From: an uncultured Desulfarculales bacterium
Lineage (GTDB): Bacteria > Desulfobacterota > Desulfarculia > Desulfarculales > JAHJDS01
DNA: 64,000 nt
Reading direction: 5' to 3'
Assembly: GCA_964569795.1 (NCBI GenBank)
Contig: CAZMVB010000007.1
Location: forward strand, 60,014 to 124,013
Of the stretch, positions 34,491 to 44,255 are shown piece by piece (the first letter of the stretch is position 1; each line of letters opens with the position of its first letter). A program made the translations under genes and the position numbers. The notes below the pieces were generated by a model, which made no database searches, had not been told where the DNA came from, and worked only from the letters and a program-made list of their open reading frames with translations.

Positions 34491-35406
34491 ACAGCTCGGT
34501 GCTCAGATAGCGCTCCCCGGTGCTGGGCAGGACGACCACGATCCGCTTGCCGGCGTACTCCGGCCGCTGGCCGAGCTGCAGGGCGGCACAGGCGGCCGCG
34601 CCCGACGAGATGCCGGCCAGCAGTCCCTCCTCGGCGGCCAGCCGCCGGGCGGTCTCGAAGGCCTCCTCATTGGTCACGGTCACCACCTCGTCGATGATCT
34701 CCCGGTTGAGCACGGCCGGGACGAAACCGGCCCCGATGCCCTGGATCTTGTGCGGACCCGGCTGGCCGCCGGACAGGACCGGCGAGCCGGCCGGCTCGAC
34801 GGCCACCACCCGGAATCCGGGGGACCGGCCCTTGATGACCTCGCCCACGCCGGTGATGGTCCCGCCGGTGCCCACCCCGGCCACCAGGGCGTCCACCTGA
34901 CCGTTGGTGTCCGCCCAGATCTCCTCGGCCGTGGTCCGGCGATGGATCTCCGGGTTGGCCGGGTTGCTGAACTGGTCGGGCATATAGGCCCCGGCCGTCT
35001 CGGCCAGGATCTCCTGGGCCCGCTCGATGGCCCCCTTCATCCCCTGGGCCCCCGGGGTGAGGACCAGGTCGGCCCCGAGGTGCCCCAGCAGCTTGCGGCG
35101 CTCCAGGCTCATGGTCTCGGGCATGGTCAGCAGCAGCCGGTATCCCCGGGAGGCGCAGACAAAGGCCAGGGCGATGCCGGTGTTGCCGCTGGTCGGCTCG
35201 ACGATCAGCGACCGGGGCGTGATCAGGCCCTGCTCTTCGGCGGCGTCGATCATGGCCACGCCGATGCGGTCCTTGACGCTGGACAGCGGATTCAGGTACT
35301 CGAGCTTGGCCAGGATCGTGGCCCCGCCGCCGGCGGCCAGGCGCTTCAATCCGACCAGGGCCGTCCGGCCCACGGCCCGGGTGACGTCGGAAAAGACCTG
35401 GGTCAT
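34480..35406 (-). CDS. cysK: cysteine synthase A (O-acetylserine sulfhydrylase)
   Basis: PLP-lysine motif [17 protein letters not shown], and GTGGTITG. Confidence 0.95.
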   Translation of the reverse strand: MTQVFSDVTRAVGRTALVGLKRLAAGGGATILAKLEYLNPLSSVKDRIGVAMIDAAEEQGLITPRSLIVEPTSGNTGIALAFVCASRGYRLLLTMPETMSLERRKLLGHLGADLVLTPGAQGMKGAIERAQEILAETAGAYMPDQFSNPANPEIHRRTTAEEIWADTNGQVDALVAGVGTGGTITGVGEVIKGRSPGFRVVAVEPAGSPVLSGGQPGPHKIQGIGAGFVPAVLNREIIDEVVTVTNEEAFETARRLAAEEGLLAGISSGAAACAALQLGQRPEYAGKRIVVVLPSTGERYLSTELFKD

Positions 35407-35407
35407 G

Positions 35408-36391
<984 letters not shown>

Positions 36392-36567
36392 GGTCCGGCT
36401 CCCGGTCTTTGGTCATCCTTTCGGGCGAATAGACTTTTGGATCAATCTTATCAGAAAACGGGTCCCCGCGCCGGTAACCGCCCTTGACCGGCCCCTTGTC
36501 CGGCGGCCGGGATCGAGGTATGGTCTAGAGGTGTTTCGGAGCGTGGGTGAGACGGAGAGACCGGACC

Positions 36568-39500
36568 ATGATCTGCCCCCAGTGCGCCGCTGAAAATCCT
36601 CCTGAAGCCAGGTACTGTTCCCGGTGCGGCGCCCGGTTGCCGGCCGAGACCCAAGGCCAAGGAGTTCCCCGGGAGACGATACCGCCTCCCGCTGATGAGT
36701 CCCGGCCCCTCGAGGCCGGCCAGGTTCTCGACGGACGCTTCGAGATCGTCCGCGTCCTGGGCCAGGGGCCCCGGGGCGTGGTCTATCTGGCCCGGGACCT
36801 GGACCTGCAGGGCCGGGAGATCGCGATAAAAGTCTTTCGTCCGGAGATCACGTCCGATCCTGACCTGGACCGGGCCCTGACCCGGGGGGTGATCTCCTGG
36901 CAGGGTCTGATCCACCCGGGGGTGGTCAAGGTCTATGACCTGCGCCGGGCGGGGGAGCGCCGGTTCCTGACCGAGGAGTACGTCCCCGGGAAGGGCCTGG
37001 ACCGTTTTTTGACCGAACGCGGGGAAGGCAGACTTTCGCTGCCCGAGGCCTGCCGGGTGGGCATCGGGATCCTGGAGGTGCTGGCCTTTGCCCATCCCGA
37101 AACTCCTCACCTGGGCCTGACGCCCGGCAACGTGCTGGTCGAGGGCGAGTTCCCGGAGATCAGGGTCAAGCTGACCGACTTTGCCGTGGCCGGCCGGCTG
37201 GAGGCCGTTCGGGCCGGGGGCGACGAATCGGCGTCCGAGGGAGCGGCGGCCGACATCCAGGCCATTGGGGCCGTTCTGTACGAACTGGTGACCGGCCAGG
37301 TCCCGGCCGTCCCGGCGACGCCCCCCTCCCAGGTAATACCCGGCCTGCCCACGGGACTCGACGAGGTCCTGGCCCGGGCCCTGGACCCGGACCCGGCCGC
37401 CCGGTTCCCTGACGCGGCCCGGTTTCGGCGGGCCCTGGTGACCGTGGCCAAGGAGGCGATCGAGGCCGAACTCAGTCAGCGCCGCCAGGCCGAGGAGCGC
37501 CGGTCCAGGAACGCCCGGCCCGAGGCCGAGGCGGACCGGGCCGTGACCGACGGCCGCCTGGACCAGGCCCTCCGCCGTTACGAGGCCGTGTCGAGTCCCG
37601 ACCAACCCGGGTCCGGGGAGACCCAGGAACGCGCCCGGCGGCGGCTCACCCGGGGGGGCCGCCGCCTCGGGCTGGCCGCCGGGGCGGCGCTCCTGGTCGC
37701 GGCCGGGGTGGCGGGCTACATCCTCTGGAGGGATTACACTACCCGCCAAGACATCAAGCAGTGGACAACCCAGGCCGCCGCGGCCTGGCGGCAGGGGCGA
37801 TTCCGGGCCGCCCGCGCTTTATATCTCCGCCTGGCCCGGGTCCGTCCCGAAGATCAAGCCCTCCGCCGCCGCCTGAAGGCCTCTGCGGCCAAGATCGAAG
37901 AACTGGCCCAAGGGACGGCCCCCTTTATCGCCCGGGCCAGGCTGGCCCGGGGCCAAAAACGACTCGGACTGGCCCGGGATCAGGCCCGCCTGGCGCTCAA
38001 GGTCGATCCCCATCACCCCGAGGCCCTCCGGCTCCTGGCGGCCGTCACCGCTGACCTGAAAAAGATCAAGGCCTGGCTGGCCGCGGCCGCATCGGCCTGG
38101 CAAAAAAAGAATTACCAAACCGCCGGCCGGCTCTACCGGCAGGTAATCGGCCTCTCCAGCGAGCACCCGGTCGCAACCCGGCGACTGGCCCAGATCCCGG
38201 CCCTGATCAAGGCCCGTCGCGCCCGGGTGAATTCGCTGGCCGCCCGGGCCGGCCGGGCCCTGGACCAAAGGGACCTGACCGCGGCCGAGAAATCATACCG
38301 CTCGCTGTTGCGGCTCGATCCCAATCTCGAGTCGGCCCGGGCGGCCCTGGCCCGGATCAGGCGGATCCGAGAGCAGATGGCCGGCTGGGTGGCCCGGATC
38401 GAGAAACTGTGGCAAGACCGCAAATACGCCGCGGCCCGGGAACTCTTTTTCCGGGCCTCGGCCCTGAATGCCGCCCCGCCCCCGGCCCCGACCCGATCCC
38501 GGCCGGCCGCGGCCGACCGCCGGGAGTTGCGTAAAAAAATCGCCGTTGCCCTGGCGGCCGGACGCCGGGCCCTGGCCGCCCGGAAATGGTCCGCGGCCCG
38601 GGGCCTTTTCAGCCGGGTCCTGAAACTGGACCCGGGCAACGCCGAGGCCCGGCAGGCCCTGACGCTGATCGCCGCCCGGGCCAAACAGGTCGCCGCGGCC
38701 CAGGCCCAGGCCAAAACGGCCCTGGCTCGGGGGGACCTGGCCCTGGTGGCCGCCGCCCTGAGACGGTTCGAAAAAATCGATCCGTCTCACCCGGACGCGG
38801 CCAGGCTCAAGGCGGTTCTAGACTCCGGGATAAAGTCGCTCCTGGATCGGGCCCAACAGGCCCTGGATCAGCACCGACCGGATCAGGCCCGACAACTGAC
38901 CGAGCGGGCCCTTAGGTTGCGCCCGAAAGACCCTCGGGGCACGGCCCTGGGCGAGCGGATCAAGGCCATTCAGGCCCAGGTGGCCGCCCTGCTGACGCGG
39001 ATCGAGACGGCCCAGAACAGAAAGGACTGGACCGGGGCCGGCAAGCTGATCAAGCAGGCCGTCGCCCTGGACAGCCAAAACGCCGGCCTGGACCGACTCG
39101 TCCGGCGCGGGCGGGAGGTCCTGGCCCGGCTCAGGCCGCTGCTGGAAAAGGCCCGCCGGGCCGAGGCCAAGGGAGACCTGGCGGCCGCCCGGGAGGCCTT
39201 GCGTCGGGCCGCGGCCCTGGCCCCGGGTGACCGGGCGATCGCCGCCGCCCGGGACCGGGTGAAAAGGCGCCTGGACAGTCGGAAGGCCGTCGGTCTCAAA
39301 AAGACGGCCCGCCTGATCAAGGCCGAGAAGTGGACCCAGGCCGAAAAGGCGGTCCGGTCCGTCCTCAAGCTGGACCCGGCCTCGGCCTCGGCCTATGCCT
39401 ATCTGGGTACGGTCCGGATGGAACAAGAGAAGTTTCCAGCGGCCCTGGCCGATTACGATAAGGCCCTGAAACTGGGCCTGCCCCCCGCCAAACGGGCCGG

Positions 39501-39702
39501 GGTCCACTACATGCGCTGCTTTGTCCTGTTCCGGCTGGCCCGCCTGCGGCCGGCCGTCAAGGCCTGCAGCCGGGCCATCACCCTGGCCCCGAAACGGGCG
39601 GTCTATTACCGGGCCCGGGCGGCCATTTATCGGCGGCTGGGCCTGAGGGCCGCCGCCGCCCGGGACCAGGCCGCCTTCCGGCGGTTGAGCCGGGGCCGAT
39701 AG
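36568..39702 (+). CDS. zinc-ribbon / Ser-Thr-kinase-like (probably catalytically dead) / TM / TPR-repeat protein
   Basis: ATG at 36568 after GGAGAG. CPQC...CSRC ribbon. Kinase-like motifs GQGPRGVVY and IAIK. The catalytic loop reads HLGLTPGN instead of HRDLKPxN, and DFA replaces DFG. One TM helix (LAAGAALLVAAGVAGYIL), then ~650 aa of TPR-like repeats. Confidence 0.8.
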   Translation: MICPQCAAENPPEARYCSRCGARLPAETQGQGVPRETIPPPADESRPLEAGQVLDGRFEIVRVLGQGPRGVVYLARDLDLQGREIAIKVFRPEITSDPDLDRALTRGVISWQGLIHPGVVKVYDLRRAGERRFLTEEYVPGKGLDRFLTERGEGRLSLPEACRVGIGILEVLAFAHPETPHLGLTPGNVLVEGEFPEIRVKLTDFAVAGRLEAVRAGGDESASEGAAADIQAIGAVLYELVTGQVPAVPATPPSQVIPGLPTGLDEVLARALDPDPAARFPDAARFRRALVTVAKEAIEAELSQRRQAEERRSRNARPEAEADRAVTDGRLDQALRRYEAVSSPDQPGSGETQERARRRLTRGGRRLGLAAGAALLVAAGVAGYILWRDYTTRQDIKQWTTQAAAAWRQGRFRAARALYLRLARVRPEDQALRRRLKASAAKIEELAQGTAPFIARARLARGQKRLGLARDQARLALKVDPHHPEALRLLAAVTADLKKIKAWLAAAASAWQKKNYQTAGRLYRQVIGLSSEHPVATRRLAQIPALIKARRARVNSLAARAGRALDQRDLTAAEKSYRSLLRLDPNLESARAALARIRRIREQMAGWVARIEKLWQDRKYAAARELFFRASALNAAPPPAPTRSRPAAADRRELRKKIAVALAAGRRALAARKWSAARGLFSRVLKLDPGNAEARQALTLIAARAKQVAAAQAQAKTALARGDLALVAAALRRFEKIDPSHPDAARLKAVLDSGIKSLLDRAQQALDQHRPDQARQLTERALRLRPKDPRGTALGERIKAIQAQVAALLTRIETAQNRKDWTGAGKLIKQAVALDSQNAGLDRLVRRGREVLARLRPLLEKARRAEAKGDLAAAREALRRAAALAPGDRAIAAARDRVKRRLDSRKAVGLKKTARLIKAEKWTQAEKAVRSVLKLDPASASAYAYLGTVRMEQEKFPAALADYDKALKLGLPPAKRAGVHYMRCFVLFRLARLRPAVKACSRAITLAPKRAVYYRARAAIYRRLGLRAAAARDQAAFRRLSRGR

Positions 39703-39876
39703 GCCGTCCGGCTAACACTGACCTGTTCCCGGTCCGCTTTGCCCGGAAAGTATTCCGTTTCGACCGGAGACCAGGATTTCGATGCCCCCAGGTCAGGGTC
39801 GGCCCGGTCCGGTTTGGTCAGGGCAACCTGTTTGATTGAATAGATAAATCAAAAAATTAACCCCATCCGGCGTTCT

Positions 39877-39891
39877 TGGCACGTATCTTGT
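39877..39891 (+). promoter_or_regulatory. sigma-54-type promoter (-24 TGGCAC / -12 TTGT)
   Basis: TGGCACGTATCTTGT has correct -24/-12 spacing, but the -12 element reads GT rather than GC. About 25 nt upstream lies the AT-rich palindrome TTGATTgaatagataAATCAA (39832-39852). Confidence 0.5.
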
Positions 39892-39902
39892 TACTTAAAA
39901 AC

Positions 39903-40334
39903 ACGAAACAAGCGGACCCGGAACTGCCGGGATGACAATCCGGTTCTCGCCGGATCAAATATTCTGCTCCCGTTTCCCTCCCAACGGCGCGTGAAGGCAA
40001 GCTACACCCTGAGCCAGGGTCGGGCCAGACCCCGGTCCCAGGGAGCAGACAAAGCGGGGCCACGAACCGGCCCCAAGGTCATTGACAACCTGATAGGACA
40101 CGCCGGTGAGCGGGCGGATCGGCCGGATTCGGCGGCCCAGGCCGACCTCCTACCCGAATCCGGGGCCGCCCGCCCGGCGCTGTCGAGCACACCCCCTGTG
40201 ACACCGTTCGCCGGGTGTTGGACGGCGGTTTATCCTTCCCTCTCCCCCCCAAAAGCCGTCCAACACCTGAGCGTCGGTATAACCCGGGCGGCCGGGCGGT
40301 TGACAATCGCTCGGCCGCCCGTTTATTTTCGTTT
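39903..40334 (+). ncRNA. candidate structured non-coding RNA or long regulatory leader (class unknown)
   Basis: About 430 nt with no credible ORF. Perfect hairpins: 10 bp (40123-40132 / 40154-40163) and 13 bp (40214-40226 / 40255-40267). Ends in a 9-bp GC stem plus a T-rich tract. Bounded upstream by the sigma-54-like promoter. Confidence 0.4.
40286..40334 (+). terminator. rho-independent terminator-like hairpin
   Basis: GGGCGGCCG-17 nt loop-CGGCCGCCC followed by GTTTATTTTCGTTT, ending 29 nt before the SCP2 gene start. The loop contains TTGACA, which could alternatively be a -35 box. Confidence 0.5.
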
Positions 40335-40362
40335 AGACCACTTCTAAACAGGGGGGACTGAC

Positions 40363-40764
40363 GTGGATCAACCAGTGGCCTACCTGAGTCAGGAGTGGGC
40401 GGCCGAGGCCCTCCGGCGCCTGCAAGCGGAACTGACACCCGAGCAGATGAAATTCTTGACCACGTCCATGTCCAACCTGTACCGCAACTGTCCGGACGGC
40501 CAGGCGCGATTCCTGTTCTTCCGCTGTGAGGACGGCCGGTTCACTGACGTCACCTCGGGCCAGGGGGAGCCCCCGCCGGCCGAGTTCAGGATCACCGGGG
40601 ATTACGAGGTCTTCGCCCGGATCTCCCGGGCCGAACTCAAGTCCCAGCGGGCCCTGATGACCGGCAAGCTCAAGCTCAAGGGCAACATGGTCAAGGCCCT
40701 CAAGCTGGCCTCGATCGCCGACCGGATGAACAAGGTCCTCTCGACGATCCCGACGACCTACTGA
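40363..40764 (+). CDS. SCP2 sterol-carrier-like domain protein
   Basis: GTG start after AGGGGGGA. C-terminal SCP2 signature ALMTGKLKLKGNMVKALKL. Confidence 0.8.
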   Translation: MDQPVAYLSQEWAAEALRRLQAELTPEQMKFLTTSMSNLYRNCPDGQARFLFFRCEDGRFTDVTSGQGEPPPAEFRITGDYEVFARISRAELKSQRALMTGKLKLKGNMVKALKLASIADRMNKVLSTIPTTY

Positions 40765-40807
40765 GCCGGGCCGGAGCCCCGCCCCCACCCCCGCAGGAGT
40801 CAGCCTC

Positions 40808-42022
40808 ATGAGCGCCAGCGATCTGTTCTTCATCGACTTTCCGGCCCGGGTGAGCGCCGTGCAGGAGGCCATGGCCGCCCAGGGCCTCGACGTCTATCTG
40901 GGCTCCCGGCTGCGGACCCTGTCCTGGCTGACCGACGCCTTTTGTCCCTGGCGGAGCTTCGTGATCGTCCCGGCCCAGGGACTGCCCACGGCGGTCACCT
41001 TTGTCATCGACGCCGCCCGGGTGGCCGAGGACTCCTGGCTGGACGAGGACCACGTCCTGGGCTACGCCCCCATGGGCGGCATGGACCAGATCTCGCTGAT
41101 CTCGGATTACATCCGGGACGACCTGGGCCTCAAGCGAGGCCGGATCGGCATCGAGAGCGGCATGTCCAACTACCTGCCCGAGGGCAACCTGACCCATTAC
41201 GAGTACGAACAATTCGCCGATGCCCTGACGGGCTGCGAACTGGTCAACGCCCATGACATCATCGACCGGCTGTCCCTGATCAAGGACGCCGGGACCGTCA
41301 ACCGCTTCCGCCGGGCCTCGGCCATGGTCGATCAGGGCCACCGGGCCGTGTTCGAGGCCCTCCAAAACGGGGGCTGGCAGGGGATGACCGAGACCGAGGT
41401 GGCCGGCATCGCCGCGGCGGCCATGCGCCGGGCGGGCAGTGAGTGGGAGTGGTCCTTCACCGGCGGCAACGAGATCGCCTCGGGACCCCGGACCGGACTG
41501 GCCGGCGGGGCCTGCACCCCGGCCTCGCGGCGCGAATTCAAAGGCGGCGAGCCGCTGATGGTCGATCTGCACGCCATGTTCAAGCTGGGCCTGGGCGATC
41601 ACGCCCACAACTACTTCCTGGGCCGGGCCACCGACCGTCAGCTCTGGCACGCCCAGAACTTCATTGACCTGGTCACCCGCTGCCTGGCCGCCTACCGGGC
41701 CGGTGTGTCACCGTCGAGTCTGGCCGAGGAGATGATGGACCTTGCCGAGTCCCGCCAGTTCGCCGACTACATGGTCCCGGGGTTCGAGCACGGCATCGGG
41801 CTGGCCGGGGACGAGTGGCGCATCGGTCTCAACCAGGGGCCGATTCCCTACTGGACCGACCCAGACCACGTCTATCAGGCCGGCGAGCTGATCATCTGCG
41901 CCATGCAGTACGCCTGTCCGGACGAGGACGTGGGCTTCCGTTATGAAAATCCGATCCTGATCCAAGCTGAGGGGTGCGAGCCGCTGTCCAAATATCCCCT
42001 GGGGGTCGAAGTCATTCCCTGA
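40808..42022 (+). CDS. M24-family metallopeptidase (Xaa-Pro peptidase/creatinase fold)
   Basis: N-terminal creatinase-like domain plus a pita-bread core (GEPLMVDLHA..., FEHGIGL, ICAMQYA...YENPIL). Confidence 0.85.
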   Translation: MSASDLFFIDFPARVSAVQEAMAAQGLDVYLGSRLRTLSWLTDAFCPWRSFVIVPAQGLPTAVTFVIDAARVAEDSWLDEDHVLGYAPMGGMDQISLISDYIRDDLGLKRGRIGIESGMSNYLPEGNLTHYEYEQFADALTGCELVNAHDIIDRLSLIKDAGTVNRFRRASAMVDQGHRAVFEALQNGGWQGMTETEVAGIAAAAMRRAGSEWEWSFTGGNEIASGPRTGLAGGACTPASRREFKGGEPLMVDLHAMFKLGLGDHAHNYFLGRATDRQLWHAQNFIDLVTRCLAAYRAGVSPSSLAEEMMDLAESRQFADYMVPGFEHGIGLAGDEWRIGLNQGPIPYWTDPDHVYQAGELIICAMQYACPDEDVGFRYENPILIQAEGCEPLSKYPLGVEVIP

Positions 42023-42030
42023 GCCCGGGG

Positions 42031-42624
42031 TCAAAAAATATCGGGATAAAACCTCTGGGCGCATTCAGGACACAGCCCGTGCGACAGGGAGATCCGGTAA
42101 CGGCGATGGAGATAGACCTCCAGGCCCTCCCAGTGTTGGTCCCGGTTCTTGATCCTTTTACATTGGCCGCAGATGGATACGACCTCGGGCGAACCGATCC
42201 GTGACGGCCGGTCGTCCCGGTCCCGGGCGGCGGCCAGCCGCTCCTTGTCGCGGCGGGACTTGAACAGGGCCATCTCGATGGTGGCCTTCAGTTCCAGGTC
42301 CAGGAAGGGTTTCAGCAAATAGCCGTAGGGCTCGGCCTCTTTGGCCCGCTCGATCAACCAGTCATCGGCGTCGGCCGTCAAGAAGACGACCGGCACGCCC
42401 AGCCGCTCCCGGAGATCTCGGGCGCACTCGATGCCGTCCCGTTTCCCCTTGAGAACGATGTCCATCAGGACCAGATCGGGCCGGACGCTTACGGCCTGTT
42501 TCATGGCGGATCCGGCCGTGTCAACCGTGCCGCAGACCTCATAGCCCATGGTTTTCAAACTGACCCGGATGTCCTGGGCCTCCACGAAATCTTCCTGGAC
42601 GATCATGATCCTGGTGGCACCCAT
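42031..42624 (-). CDS. response regulator receiver protein with C-terminal CxxC...CPxC domain
   Basis: REC domain (IMIVQED...PDLVLMDIVL...LLKP). The C-terminal ~50 aa read ICGQCKRIKNRDQHWEGLEVYLHRRYRISLSHGLCPECA. Confidence 0.9.
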   Translation of the reverse strand: MGATRIMIVQEDFVEAQDIRVSLKTMGYEVCGTVDTAGSAMKQAVSVRPDLVLMDIVLKGKRDGIECARDLRERLGVPVVFLTADADDWLIERAKEAEPYGYLLKPFLDLELKATIEMALFKSRRDKERLAAARDRDDRPSRIGSPEVVSICGQCKRIKNRDQHWEGLEVYLHRRYRISLSHGLCPECAQRFYPDIF

Positions 42625-42877
42625 CAGCGCTTCCCCTATTTGACCTGAACTCCGGACCAGGGTTCCCCAAGCATTATGCTAAGTACATCCCATCGGTATA
42701 TAGTAAATAATATATTATTAACTACTGCTTATGGTATCTGGTTCCCAGACCAACCTGTTTTTTTTGGCCCATAACCTGACAGTTTAGTTCTATTTCGGAG
42801 TAAAAGCAATAATAAAGGTGCGGACAGGGGCCTGGTGGGGCAGCGGACTTGTCCGACGCCCGGCCCTGAGCCACGGG

Positions 42878-44023
42878 TCAGGCCGCCTCGAACCAGGCCC
42901 GGACCGTTCGTTGCCTGGCCTCGTTGTCCTCGATACGCTGGTTCAGGTCCGTCAGAAAGGCCCACAGCCGCTCGCCGATCCGGTCCGGATTTTGACCTTG
43001 ACCGTACAGCCAGTGAACGTAGATGTCCGCCAGCCGGTTCACGAACCGGAAGGGCACAAAGCACCGGGCGCAGGCCGGGATCGACATTTCTCGTTCGCCC
43101 CGGTGCATGGCCCGGATGTCCTCGGCCCGTTGGTTTTGCCACAGGTCAGGGACCGATTCCCGCTCGACCGAGCCGATGACCACCTGGGCGTCGTAGTCCC
43201 GGCAGCACAGGGTCGCCTGGGCATCAAAGGTGAAATGGATGTTCTTGAAGACCAGCCGGCAGGGCAGGTTGGGGCGGACCAGGCGAGGAAAGGGAAAATT
43301 CTCGGTGAAATAGGCGTTGCTCGGGCTCAGCCCGTCGATCAGGAAAAAGCGGACCTTGTCCGGGGTGGTGTAGGGTTCGAGCATCTCGAGGAAGGGTCCC
43401 ACCTCGTGGACGTTGGTCTGGGAGATGACGAATCCGGCGTGCAGGGCCATTGGCCGGGCGGCCCGGTCATTGAATTTCTTGACCGCCTCCAAGCTCGACC
43501 TGACCCGGTCGAAACTGCCTCCCCGGCGGATGCGGCCGTAGGTCTCGGCCGTGGCGGCGTCGATGGAGAACCGGATCTTGTGGATGGTGTCGCTGAACCG
43601 GTCGATCAGATCGGCCAGGGCCCGGGGGAACTGGGCGTTGGTGCTCAGATAGACGGGATAATTTTTGCCCTGGGCGATCTCCATCAGGCCCGGCAGATCG
43701 GGGTGGAGGAAGGTCTCGCCCACGGTGTGGAGTCCGGGGTGGGCGATGCCCAGGGCCTGGAGCTGATCGACGATCCGCCCGAAGGTTTCGGGGGCCATGT
43801 GTCCCCGGGGCCGCCGGGAGAGCTGGGTGCTGCACATGGCGCAGTTCAGGTTGCAGTTGTTGTTGATCTCGATCAGGGCCCAGGCCGGCCGGTCCAGGGT
43901 GGTCGGCCGCATGAGGGGCCCGTCGCCCAGGGCGGCGATACGCTCGGCCTGATCACTCTCGTTCCGGGAGGAAGCGGTTTTCGAGTCCGGTCGATCCCGG
44001 TCCACGGATTGAATATGGTTCAT
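42878..44023 (-). CDS. radical SAM / SPASM-type protein
   Basis: CNLNCAMC (CxxxCxxC) near the N-terminus. Cys-rich C-terminal half (PCRLVF..., LCCRDYD, IPACARC) compatible with auxiliary clusters. Confidence 0.8.
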   Translation of the reverse strand: MNHIQSVDRDRPDSKTASSRNESDQAERIAALGDGPLMRPTTLDRPAWALIEINNNCNLNCAMCSTQLSRRPRGHMAPETFGRIVDQLQALGIAHPGLHTVGETFLHPDLPGLMEIAQGKNYPVYLSTNAQFPRALADLIDRFSDTIHKIRFSIDAATAETYGRIRRGGSFDRVRSSLEAVKKFNDRAARPMALHAGFVISQTNVHEVGPFLEMLEPYTTPDKVRFFLIDGLSPSNAYFTENFPFPRLVRPNLPCRLVFKNIHFTFDAQATLCCRDYDAQVVIGSVERESVPDLWQNQRAEDIRAMHRGEREMSIPACARCFVPFRFVNRLADIYVHWLYGQGQNPDRIGERLWAFLTDLNQRIEDNEARQRTVRAWFEAA

Positions 44024-44255
44024 GGGCCGCCCGGTTCAGGGATAATGATCGTCTTTTAAAAAATACCATTGGGCGGGGGTAATTCAAGTCCGGGGTGAGA
44101 GTGCTGGTCCCTCCCTAGAGGGGGCCCATGCCTTCAGGCCGCATAATTCCCTGGGTTATCGACGGCCGGCCCTGGACGCCGTGTTTCCCTCCGGGTCTGA
44201 TCTGATGCCTCCCTGGACACCTGCATCAGGGACAGGCCAAAAAACAATCAGCGGT

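Noticed and set aside
40000-40110. Possible TPP riboswitch (CTGAGC ... AACCTGATAGG)
   Set aside because: Only two short fragments resemble the CUGAGA / ACCUGAUCUGGAUAAUGCC core. The GGGGUGC element and the P-stem arrangement are missing, and the downstream genes are unrelated to thiamine.
39857-40438. Short ORFs (68, 118, 62 and 119 aa) in the 39.7-40.4 kb gap
   Set aside because: They are Arg/Pro/Gly/Ala-rich, mutually overlapping on both strands and lack RBSs. The region is better explained as non-coding structured sequence.
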